A stretch of DNA of 20,000 bases from the NCBI GenBank assembly GCA_001662655.1, contig KV460251.1. One strand, written 5' to 3'. The stretch is from Pseudogymnoascus verrucosus (lineage: Eukaryota). The position numbers and the translations under genes are program-made. Positions 1 to 10,772 of this stretch are shown piece after piece. Each line of letters begins with the position of its first letter. Position 1 is the stretch's first letter. The notes under the pieces were generated by a model. That model was not told the DNA's origin. It saw nothing but the letters and a program-made list of their open reading frames with translations, and ran no database searches.

Positions 1-1847
1 AGCGTGTAGGCAATTATTTACCGTCGTCTCTGAGATAGAAAACGAGATAGGAGAATCGAAATGTCGCTCCCGGTGGCACTGCTTCCTAACAGTACTAAAA
101 GCAAAAAAGATTACAGACCTTGTTAATAGGCTAGAGAGAGCAAAATCAATTCTTGCACTTGCACAGCTCATGTATCTCCAGTAAGGCGCTTACTTCTCTT
201 GACAATTATTGTAAGCTAACAACAACAAATAGATCCTTTGAGATTGAGAGGCTAAACCAGAAAACAAAGATCTCATCGATTTCTACCGCAGAAAATCCTG
301 AACCCCGCATGTCAACCACGCCTATACGCCAAAATGAAAATGGCCATATCAGTGCCCCTTATAACCAGACAACTTTTCAACTAGGGATTGGCGTACTTGT
401 GGTGCGCCAGGTGCCAAATGGCAGTGGAAAAACTCGCACTTCTCTAGAAGAAACCATAATTCAGTTTCGATTTGCAGACTGGTTCCTACGATGGGCAATT
501 AGTATCGCGATTTGCCCAGAAATCGAGAACGTAAAAATAACGATAAGAACCTACCACCTCGTTCCTAGTAGCTCAGCCATATTTCAGGCCTGTGCCTTGG
601 GCGACGACCAGACAGTGGCCCGGCTCATCCGAGAAGGTAGAGCTTCTGCATTTGATATGACTAGCAACGGGGTAACTCCTCTGCATGTAAGAAAGTCCAA
701 ACTCGCTATCCGCTATGAGTCCAGTCCTCTTGTGCTCAATTATGGTTATTGTCCAACCTATCTGACGTGTCGGTTTAGGTGGCCGCCGCTTGGCACCATC
801 CTAGTACGTGCAAGCAGCTTTTGGAACATGGCGCAAATAGTTCGTTGTTGATGCAATATAGTACAATCTCGTGGTTAGTGACTTATCAACTCAGTCAACA
901 AACAAATATCCTACTAACAGTATTTTCCAAGGAACGCCCTAGGCTTGGCCTCCGAATACGCCGGTTACTACCGTTGTTTCTTGTTTCCAGGACTGGAGGA
1001 ACATCGCCCTGGGCCCAAAGAAGACCTTAGTCAAAAGCGCGAGACGATGCGTATACTGACTGATCACAATAGTTGCGAAGTGCATCAAGGTTATAGGCCA
1101 GGCCATACCGGCTATTGGAATGGGTCTACGTCCGCTCTGCACATGTTTCGAGGCACTTCTGACGACTTCTTGTGGTTATACAAGCGTGAAAATGTGTTAA
1201 TGGACGTTAAAGACTCAGAGGATTATATTGCGTCCATTGTCATTCAACAGACTCAGATGTTTCCAAATGCCTCTTTTCCAGCAGCTTTCAGCCTAGTGTC
1301 GAGTATGGAACATTTGGCAAAGTACAGAGACTCTTCTGGATCAACCCTATTGCACCATCTTCTTAACACAAGTTCTGACATAAAACCTGGTTTTTGGATG
1401 AATGGAATCGATACTTTTGATATAGCAAGGACACTACTTGAACATGGTGCAGACCCAACATCTCGCAATGACCAAGGCTACACTCCATTAATGGGTGCCG
1501 CAAGGGATAGCCTACTCTACTTACATAGTAAGGCTTTATTCTGGACGGCTGAATCAGCTGCTAAGATGTACTCTGGATATTTAACTCGTTGGATAAAGAC
1601 GCTAGAGTCTTGCCTTGTTGACGCCCGTGAGTACCGCTCTCGAGAAATTGAATTAGGCGCAGAGAGCTTTGTGCTATGCCGGCAGTTTCAGCACTCCAAC
1701 GACGGACTTAGCGGGACAGGACAATGGTCCGTAAGACTTGTGTTTGGGCTGGATGATATTCACCATGGCCTTCAAATTAAATTCCAGTTCCAATCTGAAG
1801 AGAAGAACGAGAGAATGCCTGGATCTTGGCCCAAAGAAATAATATAA
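1..1847 (+). CDS. 5'-partial fungal protein with HeLo-like N-terminal domain and ankyrin repeats; exons <1-180, 233-686, 779-873, 932-1847
   Basis: Frame 2 from base 2 reads ...KAKKITDLVNRLERAKSILALAQLMYL, resembling a fungal HeLo-like/SesA N-terminal helix. GT-AG introns 181-232, 687-778 and 874-931 join the ORFs in frame. Ankyrin motifs: GVTPLH|VAAAWHHPSTCKQLLEHGA, GSTLLH, LLEHGADPTSRNDQGYTPLMGAA. Confidence 0.75.
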
Positions 1848-1890
1848 CATTAATCGCCAAACATTGACGCGCTCTTGGCGGCGCAGAGCT

Positions 1891-1930
1891 TGGGAATGGG
1901 GATGGGATGGGGATGGGATGGGGAAGGGGG
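1891..1930. repeat. Imperfect (GGGAT)n simple repeat
   Basis: tgggaatggggatgggatggggatgggatggggaaggggg, just 3' of the ankyrin gene stop. Confidence 0.7.
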
Positions 1931-2698
1931 GTTCTCATGATTCTCTAACTGCTGACTGTATGTGATGGGATGGATTGATGCGGTATGGTAACATGCGATG
2001 GCATTGGATGGGATGGATTTCTATAATAGCGAATAGATGCCTGTCTGTAGTAATGTCGCTAGCCTGGAATTATTGCGCCCTCCCATTCTTGCAAATATCA
2101 AGAGAGAGGCTTGTGTCGTACTCATAGCAAAAGAAGTCATAGGCAAAGCAATAAAAAACATTCAACAGTGTACATTCGCTTATAGTCAATATGGTCAGAT
2201 TCTGTACTAATTACAGCTTGTAATAGAGATGTCTTAAACACTGAAGTAAATTCACCGAAGGACAATCTGGTCTCTTATGCCTTAAGACAGACCTAAAAGT
2301 GATGCGAACTTATACATGAACTAGATCCCTACGTTTTGAGTCGATATGCACTGTTAGTATACAACTGCTTTGATCTCCCTATAAATTCACGCTTAAATAA
2401 GGCAGATGAATAGGTTATGGGAGTTGCGAAATCTTATTAAACGAGATGACTTCTGAGGAGGATGACACAGCTCTAGGGTTCTGCAACTTGTAGCCTGTCT
2501 TCAGAGATGTAACGATAAAACTACTCTACTCTATATACTAGGTTCGCTTAACGACTGTGCATCAGACATATGATCTGCGTCCTCAATCCCAACAAGTGGC
2601 GTCACATATGATGTTAGCTACTACTAGTATAAAACCAACTGCAGAGTCTTTCACCTCTCAAATAACCGCACCTTTTATGTATCTGACAAGTTTCTGAT

Positions 2699-3667
2699 TT
2701 ATACATGATGTGAACAAGCACCTCCTTCTTCAGTTTTGCTAGCCTCATTCATCGGAGAAGGGTTGTCCTCGTCCTTGGGCCTCGGCTCGAGATTCGAGCC
2801 GTCTTTTTGCGCTTCACCTCCACAAGGTTCTTGCTCCGGAAACACTAAAATGCTCTCGTGGAGAGAAGTGTGGATCTGCGCAGATAGTCTTTCCAGATAT
2901 GGATGGCGAAGGACCTCACCAATAGAGCATATCTTGGCCTTTTCCGTCTTGTAGCCCTCGAGCATCGGCGATACTGGTCCCTTCGGCTCAGGCGGGCATC
3001 CGCAAGATCCTAGATCTGCAGCACACTCGCGCCGGTGAGTGTGCTCCCATTCACCCCATTGGGTCATAAAGTCGCTGTCCGCTTCTTTGAACGTGTCGTA
3101 TGCGTCAATATACTCCGCAATCTTAGCAAGGTCGATGCATCCACTATGCTCGAACCATTTCCGCAGCATCAGGCCCCATGTCCAAGGCCAGCCGTCACGC
3201 CACCTATAACCGTTCATATCAAGCTTAAATCGAGACGGAGCTAGCGATGATAACGTAATCATCTTCTCTAGGCAGGATATGTGGAAATACTGGTCTTCGT
3301 CACTCACAAGGACAGCTCTGTAAACATCCATGATGCGACGACCCTTGTCACTTGGCGACATAGCCGCGATAGGGCACGATACTGCCCGGCATTCTGCGCG
3401 TACCATATGTCCTGGCGGAGACCGCTGAAGGAGAATGGCGATTGCGGGTTCGCACTCGAGCCGGCGTTGTAGCTCTTGTCCATTTTCTCGCATCCTTTCC
3501 TCCGGGGTTAGACGGGATTGTCTCTCTTCTTCAGCATCGATCTCCTCCTGCATCCGCACCAAGTCCATTCGCGAAAGGAGCTGTGTATATCTCTCGATTC
3601 TTGCGATCCTTGCTGAAGACGGGGATCTCCGACGGCTCCGTCGAGACAGATGAGGTGTCCTGTCCAT
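2699..3667 (-). CDS. Intronless 322-aa hypothetical protein with a PARP-type zinc-finger-like motif
   Basis: Long ATG-initiated ORF. RAECRAVSC...RI...YR......YFHISCLE (C-x4-C...H-x2-C) resembles zf-PARP spacing; second cluster HRRECAADLGSCGC; basic N-terminus RRSRRR. Confidence 0.7.
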   Translation of the reverse strand: MDRTPHLSRRSRRRSPSSARIARIERYTQLLSRMDLVRMQEEIDAEEERQSRLTPEERMRENGQELQRRLECEPAIAILLQRSPPGHMVRAECRAVSCPIAAMSPSDKGRRIMDVYRAVLVSDEDQYFHISCLEKMITLSSLAPSRFKLDMNGYRWRDGWPWTWGLMLRKWFEHSGCIDLAKIAEYIDAYDTFKEADSDFMTQWGEWEHTHRRECAADLGSCGCPPEPKGPVSPMLEGYKTEKAKICSIGEVLRHPYLERLSAQIHTSLHESILVFPEQEPCGGEAQKDGSNLEPRPKDEDNPSPMNEASKTEEGGACSHHV

Positions 3668-4010
3668 TGCCTTTGCGAGGAAGAAGGGACGAGTTGGTAG
3701 TAAGTATATTGATTTAACGGCAGAGGAGTCCGCTTTCGTACTACACTCGAACCTCCTTAAGACGATACCCCTTATGCCTATATCCTCGATAGTGCGATTT
3801 TTTTGGCGGAACCAAATCTTGACTGGTGGTGTAAATAGTATTCAATAGCACGATATCCTCATAAGACGACACTAAATAATGGCACGGAATACATCGTCTT
3901 AAAGAGGTTCGACTGTATGTAGTCTACGGGCTGGCTTCGGCCTGAAGAGATCATCCGGCTTGGCAACTTGCCCTGTGATTCGCACGCGACAGCTTCGTGT
4001 AACATACATG

Positions 4011-4160
4011 ATGCGGCCTTTCGCGAGCCCCGAGGCAGATTTCCAGAATTCACCAACTGTTTTGCGTTTCCGTGAAGCCGTTGTCTTCATCGAAGACACA
4101 GGATGCAGCCTTTCGAAAGGCCCTAGGCAGATTTCAGAATCCACCAATCGTTTCGCTTTT
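4011..4160 (+). repeat. Cluster 1 of a dispersed ~90-bp repeat module (42-bp core at 4065-4106)
   Basis: Core cgtttccgtgaagccgttgtcttcatcgaagacacaggatgc, flanked by two AGGCAGATTT..GAAT.CACCAA blocks. Similar to the reverse complement of 16583-16790 and to 18672-18891. Confidence 0.8.
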
Positions 4161-5035
4161 TGTTATGGGGTTCTTAAGTGAGCAAGCAGCGTGGAAGTTG
4201 CAGCAACTTGCGGGTTGAATCACCAGAGACCAGCCAGCTCATGCTCTGTAAGCGCTTATAAACCCATCATTCCCGAGCCTAAGGGGGCTTGGCCACCGCA
4301 GGGAACGGGAAGCACGAGACGTTGTTGCAGGTAGAGGCTTCTCACCAGAGGATGGAAAACAAGAAGCCGTGTTGTGCATAATTCTAAAAACAGTCCTTTG
4401 TGCCAACGAGAAACTAGGCTCTGCAATCAGCGAATAAGAAACCCGACTCTGAAGCTAGGCATCAACTTTTGGCTACTACTGTAGCTCCGGAAAACTCACA
4501 AAAAGCAGCACTGGTACTTGTTTCCCGTTATCCCGTTTCCGTCAACAATCTTTGATGGTCTAACGGTCATTTGGACCATCCACAATCTTGGTGCATCCGG
4601 GTTCGTGTTTCCTGGATGCTGTTTGTAGTTTTCGTGATTTCGATTACTGAAATCGGAGGATTGTTTTCCCGTTCACCGCGATTCGTGCCTGAGAAACGAC
4701 ATCGAGATTCCCGCTGTCAGTTTCCAGGAAACCAGAGACTATTTTCTGGTTCTTGACTTTATACATTTTATACCGGTCCCCGTTTCCCGTTTTCCTAGAT
4801 CCACGAAACGGTTTCCTCAGCCTAGAATGTAAGTCCAACAGTCAGTTTTTCCACTTTTAGATGTATCCTTGGCTGGTGTGTAGTGGCCTTGCTGTGCCCA
4901 TCTGCGGCTAAGTATATGAACTCTCTTTCTGTCTCTTTTCTCTCCTGTTCCCATTATATTTTACCACGTCTATCGTTTTGTTCCTCAATCAAGACGTTTG
5001 CCCTTTTAATTCCTGTTTTATCTGATCATTTCACA

Positions 5036-7123
5036 ATGATACCTGGTGATGTAGAATGGCTTTCTCTCCAATTTGCCAACTTGGCATCCTTGCCAGCGCC
5101 AGTACAACGGCCTATGAAAGCGAAAAAAAAGGTTACAACTGCTACTGAGCGGCTTTATGATATCGAGGAAAAGTCTTGGGAACAGTGAGTTAGCCCATGT
5201 CTATCACAGACTACAAAATTAAAAGATACCAAGGTTCAGATCAAATCTCGAGAAACCCGGGGACCCAGAAATCCGCCCTGAGCTGTCGGTGCTTCAGCTC
5301 TACTTCAAATGGTTTGCTATAACGCATAAAGGAAAACTAGGTCCTAGACCAAGCATAAGCACCTTGGTATGGAGGGTTGGCAGATTCTCATACATGTATG
5401 CGGATCGCCATGGCATAGACATTCCCGACGACGTGAAGGATGGCGTTGTTCAAGTGAGTTACTTAGGTTTACGAGAAAGAAGACTGGACGCTAACTGATA
5501 ATATCTAGTACATTCAAAATGATTTAGCGGCTGAACTGCACCTGACGTCTAAAACATATGACAAGAATTTTGCAACGGATGAAGACGTTTCCGAGATGCT
5601 GAAATACCTCTGGACTGAAGATACACATTGCTATCTCAATGAACGCATGCGAGTGCAAGGGGCTTTTTTTAAAGCCTTCTTGAGAGCTACAGCATCAAGA
5701 CCTGGCGCTTTTACACGCTCTGAGTGCTACCGTGATAGTAACATTGCCTTGTGCTACAAAGTAAGCATCTACACCAATCAAAGAGCTTAAGTTAACCATC
5801 AATAGGATGTAGAGGTGTGGGCCATTCGAAAGAAGCAGGGTGGTGTACGTTACAGGCTCGATGTGACATTTCATAATATGAAAGGTGCACGGCTAGATCC
5901 CTCAAAATTGCAAGTAACAACTCCCATTAATGCGGATTATACTAACCTTAGAGAAGTCTGACACTAACCATCGAGGAAAAATACTTGGAAGATCTAGGGT
6001 CATCAGTTGTGTTTCTGTTCTTAGTACTTGGGTGGATGGATCGAGCATTCGAGAATATCACGAGCTTGCACCAACTATTCCATCTCGAAGGCTTCATCCC
6101 GGATGGCGCGAGCGCCATCCGCCTTCCAGTTGCAGCTGCAGCTCGTACTCAGCCCATTCTCCGCAGGATGGAGAAGCGCGGAAGTAAGCGCATATCAAAG
6201 ACTCTGGCTTGGTCATCAGGGTCAGCACTGCAACAACTAAAGAGAGTCTGCGAAGCGGGTGGCTGGCCCCAGAGGATGACCGCATATAATGTGCGTCGAG
6301 GGGGATTAAACAAACTAGACGGTAAGTCACACAACATAGTCTCATTATACGTCTAGAAAGTAACAAATAAACAGGGGATCCAAATACATCATCTGCACAG
6401 AGAAATCAAATTGCGGGCCAAGGCAATTCCGCGGTCTTTACTAGGGCGTATCTGTCACGTCACTCGGCTGTGAAGATTTTTAAAGGTCGAGCAACGCATG
6501 TCAAAAATGAAGACGACGATGATGATGATGACGACGTACGAGGTATGCGACTCTTGAGAGACCGGAGCGCACCTCAAACTTTACCAGACCACCTCTGGGA
6601 ACAGATCATGCAGGCAGACAGAGATTTGAAAACCATCGATGAGAATCGACAACTCGTTCGACAACTCCTTCGCCGAGAATTAGCTTTGCTAGGTGCTGAT
6701 CGTTCCTCAACCAACGTAACAGCTCTTGAAAGGGAGCTTTATAACTCCAGCAGAAAGTTCCATCAGCGAAAACAGAACCTGAAAAGGCAAGAGTACCTCA
6801 AGTTTAGGGCTGAATGGTTTAAATCGCGAGCCTCGAAAATTCTCGCGTCCTCGAACGAATCGCAGTTACAGAAACCGATTACGGCCACTGAATTCTCCCC
6901 AGCTAGGAAGGCTGTCATAGAGGCGTTGTACCCAGCGGATCCTAGCAAACTCTCAATGTTCTCTGCCGCAAAGGCACTCATCTTCTTTGTCGAAACCTCG
7001 GATGGAGTACGTGCTAGTATTGCTAGTGAAAGGAAGAGGCGGCTTGATCCTGCCATTTTACCAGGCAAGAAGAGGAGGCAGGGAGACTCGATTACCTTTA
7101 TCGCCTGCTCGCCGACGATTTAG
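5036..7123 (+). CDS. DUF3435 tyrosine recombinase (Starship captain-like), ~615 aa; exons 5036-5184, 5234-5453, 5509-5760, 5806-~5913, ~5952-6321, 6375-7123
   Basis: Five short introns restore one frame (intron 4 boundaries ambiguous: GT 5914/AG 5951 or GC 5910/AG 5953). DUF3435-type motifs: YLWTEDTH..NERMRVQ, TASRPGAF (catalytic Arg), LCYK|DVEV, MKG, TAYNVRRG, QRNQIAGQGNSAVFTRAYLS (catalytic Tyr, codon 6449-6451). Confidence 0.85.
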
Positions 7124-7470
7124 GTCGTAGAATCTAATTTAAATGGCGACAGTCATTTGCTGTCACATATTTGCTATACGGGATAGGGATTTCTTTCGGG
7201 GCACAATTGGCAGTTGTTAAGCAGGGCAGCTATTTATTTCCGTACCACGTATCCTAATGTCATCCTATTTAACGCAGCAACTCAGCATGACTTATAAGCC
7301 CCAACCTTGGTCACAACTTAGGTATCCCAGAATGATGCAGTGATATTTGCTCAATTCGACGATACCGACCCATACTGTTATGCGCTCTTTTGAAGCTGTG
7401 GATCCGTCATTTACAGGCTAAATCAGAGTAGAGATATGTAGGCCATGGGATATCAGGATATAGTCATATA

Positions 7471-7954
7471 ACGTCCGTCCCTAAGTGGCGAAAAAACCGC
7501 TGTGCCGAAAAAAATAAGAGGTACTTTGACTTTGGACATCTCAAATTCTACACACTTATCAATATCTGTTACATTACTGCATGAATCGTATTCTATAGCT
7601 ACTCCTGAGCACCCCAGACGGCTCCTTTAAGAAAATTATGTTTGCGCTGCCACTGTCGCGCCTGATTTGCAGATGGTCTGCATTTGTTGCGAAACATACT
7701 TCCCCCACCATAGCTCCACCACTAAGCTCTTATTATTCCCAAAACGTATAAGAGGGTTGTACCCGAGCTCTTAAACCCTCACAGCCAAGCGGGAGATCGT
7801 CATCAGCCATGTGGTGGTAGTGCGGGGCAAATTCATGTATGGTTGCCATGGAAATTAATACCTCAAGCCAAAGCGACTAGTGGTTTTTCGGTTAGTGTAT
7901 ATTGACCCCCACGTCTGAGATGTGAACTCGCTTATGTCATCATCTGGCAAGGCT
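7471..7954 (+). repeat. Left terminal inverted repeat (484 bp)
   Basis: Ungapped reverse-complement match to 14929-15412; 7698-7940 is identical to 14943-15185. Confidence 0.95.
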
Positions 7955-8118
7955 CTTATCAGCCACACCGCGTGTGGCTGATGAGGGTTGTGGTTGGCGA
8001 GGCTGAACTGTAGGTCTTCTTCTGGAACTTTCCATGAGCGACCAACTGCTTTCGCTCTGGGCTGAGCTGCCACTGAACTGTTCCTGTCACTATCTTCATA
8101 TTCACCAGTAAGTAAGCC

Positions 8119-9834
8119 ATGAGCGACCGCGCCAGTAAAGCTCTTACTGAGGGCTTTTTGCCGGGAGAGACATACGATGCTTTTTCAAAGCGTAAAGATG
8201 TCCCTCTCACTACCGTCTACCACCGTGACCATGGGCGACCCTCGAAAGAAGAGAAGGCCGAAGGCCAACTATACCTCACTCCGTCAGAAGAGAAAGCCCT
8301 TGAAAAGTATCTGAAACTAACATCTGATCTCGGAAATCATGTGCGAATAAAGTTTATACCCTCACTAGCATTTAGTATCGCCCGCCAACGTTCTACGACA
8401 GATAAGGCGATCAAGCCTCCAGGCAAGAACTGGCCTCAAGGCTTTATAAAGCGTCATCCAGCACTCAAATCAAGGAGACTGAGGGCGATGGACTGGAAAC
8501 GTCATGACAATAACATCTATAATAAGGTTATAAACTGGTTTGAGGTGATTGAGAATGTAGTAAAAGATCCGACCATTCTGTCGGAAAATGTGTATAATAT
8601 GGACGAGACGGGAGTTATGTTATGCATGCTTGGCTCTGTCAAAGTCCTTGTAAGTAAGGACGATCCGCGGGGCTACAGAGGCGCAGGCGTCAAGCGAACG
8701 ATGGTGACTGCCATTGAGTGTATAAGTGCAAACGGTAGGTCTTTGTTACCATTGATTATTTGGCCAGCGACTACCCATCGAAGCAACTGGACCACGTTCC
8801 CTACCCCTGGATGGCACTACGCATGGTCCGAATCTGGATACACCGACTCCAAGATTAGCTTGGAGTGGCTCACGTGTGTGTTCGATCCCCAAACCAAAGA
8901 ACAGGCGAACGGGAAACCACGGGTGCTCATCTGCGACGGCTTTGGGACCCACGAAACCCTCGAAGTGTTGGAGTTTTGTTTCGAAAACAACATAATTTTA
9001 TGTCGTCTCCCGTCTCATACCTCTCACAAGCTCCAGCCCTGTGACGTCGGAGTCTTTGCCCCCTTAAAGGCAGCATATCGCGACGAAGCTGAACGACTAT
9101 ATCGGGTTACAAATGCAATCGGCAAGGAGCATTTCACATCTCTCTACAGCCCTGCAAGGGATAAGGCGTTCACGAAGAGAAATATCACTGCTGCATGGGC
9201 TGCAAGTGGTTTGTTTCCATTCAACCCAGACAGAGTGCTCAAAACTATACTGAAGCCCCCCTCTCAACTAACCATTCCACATGCTGATGGGGTGGGTTCT
9301 TGTCTTCAAGACGAAGTGCTAAACTCGCCTGTGACTCCAGTGTCAGCAGAGGCTCTTACGTCGCTGCATAATCTTATCAAACAGGACCAGTCTAGTACAC
9401 AGCGCCAACAAAGGCATGTACAGAAGCTTGCTAACGCCGCCCAAATGTCCTTCGCCGAAGTTGCTCTCCTCCGAGATGAAAAGCAATCCTTGATCACAAT
9501 AGCCAACGAATCCAAAGTTCGCCGTTCGACCAAGTCAACAGTAGTAGGGAAGGCGAAGGTGATGAGCTATGAGGATATCGTGAAGGCACGAGCAGACCGT
9601 GCTGCGAAAGACATTATAAAAGGCAAGGGAAAACGCAGTCGGAAGCGTAAGGCGCTAGAGGCATGTGAGCAAGAGCTAGAGCCAGAAGTGGCGTATGCTG
9701 TGAAAGAGGTAAAAAACGGCAAGGGAATACGTAGTCGGAAGCGTAAGAGTGCTGTACCAGAAGCAGATGAGCCAGAGCCAGAGCCAGAGCCAGAACTGGC
9801 GCGGATGACGGCACCAGTGGCGCGGATGATATAG
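8119..9834 (+). CDS. Fot1/pogo-family DDD transposase (HTH CENP-B-like + DDE_1), 571 aa, intact
   Basis: N-terminal HTH region (VPLTTVYHR..GRPS, YLTPSEEKAL, PGKNWPQGFIKRHP). Triad YNMDETG / LICDGFGTH / LQPCDVGVF with 35 residues between the 2nd and 3rd Asp. Basic C-terminal NLS-like motifs; no stops or frameshifts. Confidence 0.95.
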   Translation: MSDRASKALTEGFLPGETYDAFSKRKDVPLTTVYHRDHGRPSKEEKAEGQLYLTPSEEKALEKYLKLTSDLGNHVRIKFIPSLAFSIARQRSTTDKAIKPPGKNWPQGFIKRHPALKSRRLRAMDWKRHDNNIYNKVINWFEVIENVVKDPTILSENVYNMDETGVMLCMLGSVKVLVSKDDPRGYRGAGVKRTMVTAIECISANGRSLLPLIIWPATTHRSNWTTFPTPGWHYAWSESGYTDSKISLEWLTCVFDPQTKEQANGKPRVLICDGFGTHETLEVLEFCFENNIILCRLPSHTSHKLQPCDVGVFAPLKAAYRDEAERLYRVTNAIGKEHFTSLYSPARDKAFTKRNITAAWAASGLFPFNPDRVLKTILKPPSQLTIPHADGVGSCLQDEVLNSPVTPVSAEALTSLHNLIKQDQSSTQRQQRHVQKLANAAQMSFAEVALLRDEKQSLITIANESKVRRSTKSTVVGKAKVMSYEDIVKARADRAAKDIIKGKGKRSRKRKALEACEQELEPEVAYAVKEVKNGKGIRSRKRKSAVPEADEPEPEPEPELARMTAPVARMI

Positions 9835-10772
9835 GCGCAGGTTATGCAGGGCAGATTGTTCCGGCGGGCTTATAGATCATTATTGTATTGTTGGTCGAAT
9901 GAGGCAGGCCTCGCGAATAGTTACTATGCTACAGTTAGTCTGTCATATTCTCTGTGCAATGGAATGGAGATAGCAATGAATCACCTCTTGCCAGTTATCA
10001 ATGAGTGGTCTTTCGCGCTCATCACGGCAGTCCCGCCTTCAAATGCCAGATGGTATCGAGGGATATTTGTAGTATTGTGTCCGGCGTTCTGCACGTCGTG
10101 TCTCTGCGCGTCAGGTGCTCGAAGCCGTACATAAGTCGGCAATGACATCGACGATGTTGGCGGTGTCGAGTGCCTCCGTCGTAAGCATCGCTTGGTCAGA
10201 CGTGTTGAGAATAGACTCCGCCGTGGATAGTGGAACAGGAAGGGCAGTGGTTTTGGGAAGCCGTGCACATTTTGTTTCGAAGTGCGAAGTTGTTTTCACC
10301 AGTCATCCTCTAGTGAGGATCAGTGATGACAGAATACAATTGTTCAGAAAGATTCAGAAAGTAGCACAGTTCACTGACATGTCTTCGATGGTCGTGAGAC
10401 TGTCGTAAATTGTGAATTTCGGTCAGTGCCTCTTGGTTGGGACCAGATCACGTGTGAGATTGCCAAAGACGTTAATTTCAAGCCACACGCCAGCGAGCCA
10501 AGAAGGCAACCTGGAGCCGGAAAAACTTGAAAACTGATGCCACGAATCGACGGCCCCACGAATGGTCTTAGTGGAACCCTGATTACGCTACGGGCCGTCG
10601 CACTCCCTTGAAGCGCCGGAGCATTTTAGCGTCGCACGTCACCTGATGAGGCATTTACTCAAGACTCATCAACCTCAGCCCGCCAGCGCGACAATCAATT
10701 TAGCTGACGGTCTCGTCTTTACGCTTCACTTCTATCTAAAGAGCAACGACAATCTCATACATCGATCGAACC

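Noticed and set aside
2736..3717. Short plus-strand ORFs overlapping the 322-aa gene, and similar antisense ORFs over the captain, transposase and NLR
   Set aside because: Shadow ORFs of better-supported genes.
3960..4181. Similar short peptides in ORFs 3960-4181 and 16627-16824
   Set aside because: Explained by the DNA repeat module; unit spacings (74, 85, 93 bp) do not consistently preserve frame.
10468..10474. GACGTTA as a native right end of a short transposase-only element
   Set aside because: Only 7 nt match the true terminus plus TA, and upstream bases do not resemble the TIR; likely chance.
9844..10559. Short ORFs between the transposase and NLR, including a minus-strand intron-like signal near 9930-9985, as a second cargo gene
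   Set aside because: No recognisable domain and no consistent gene model; a relic cannot be excluded.
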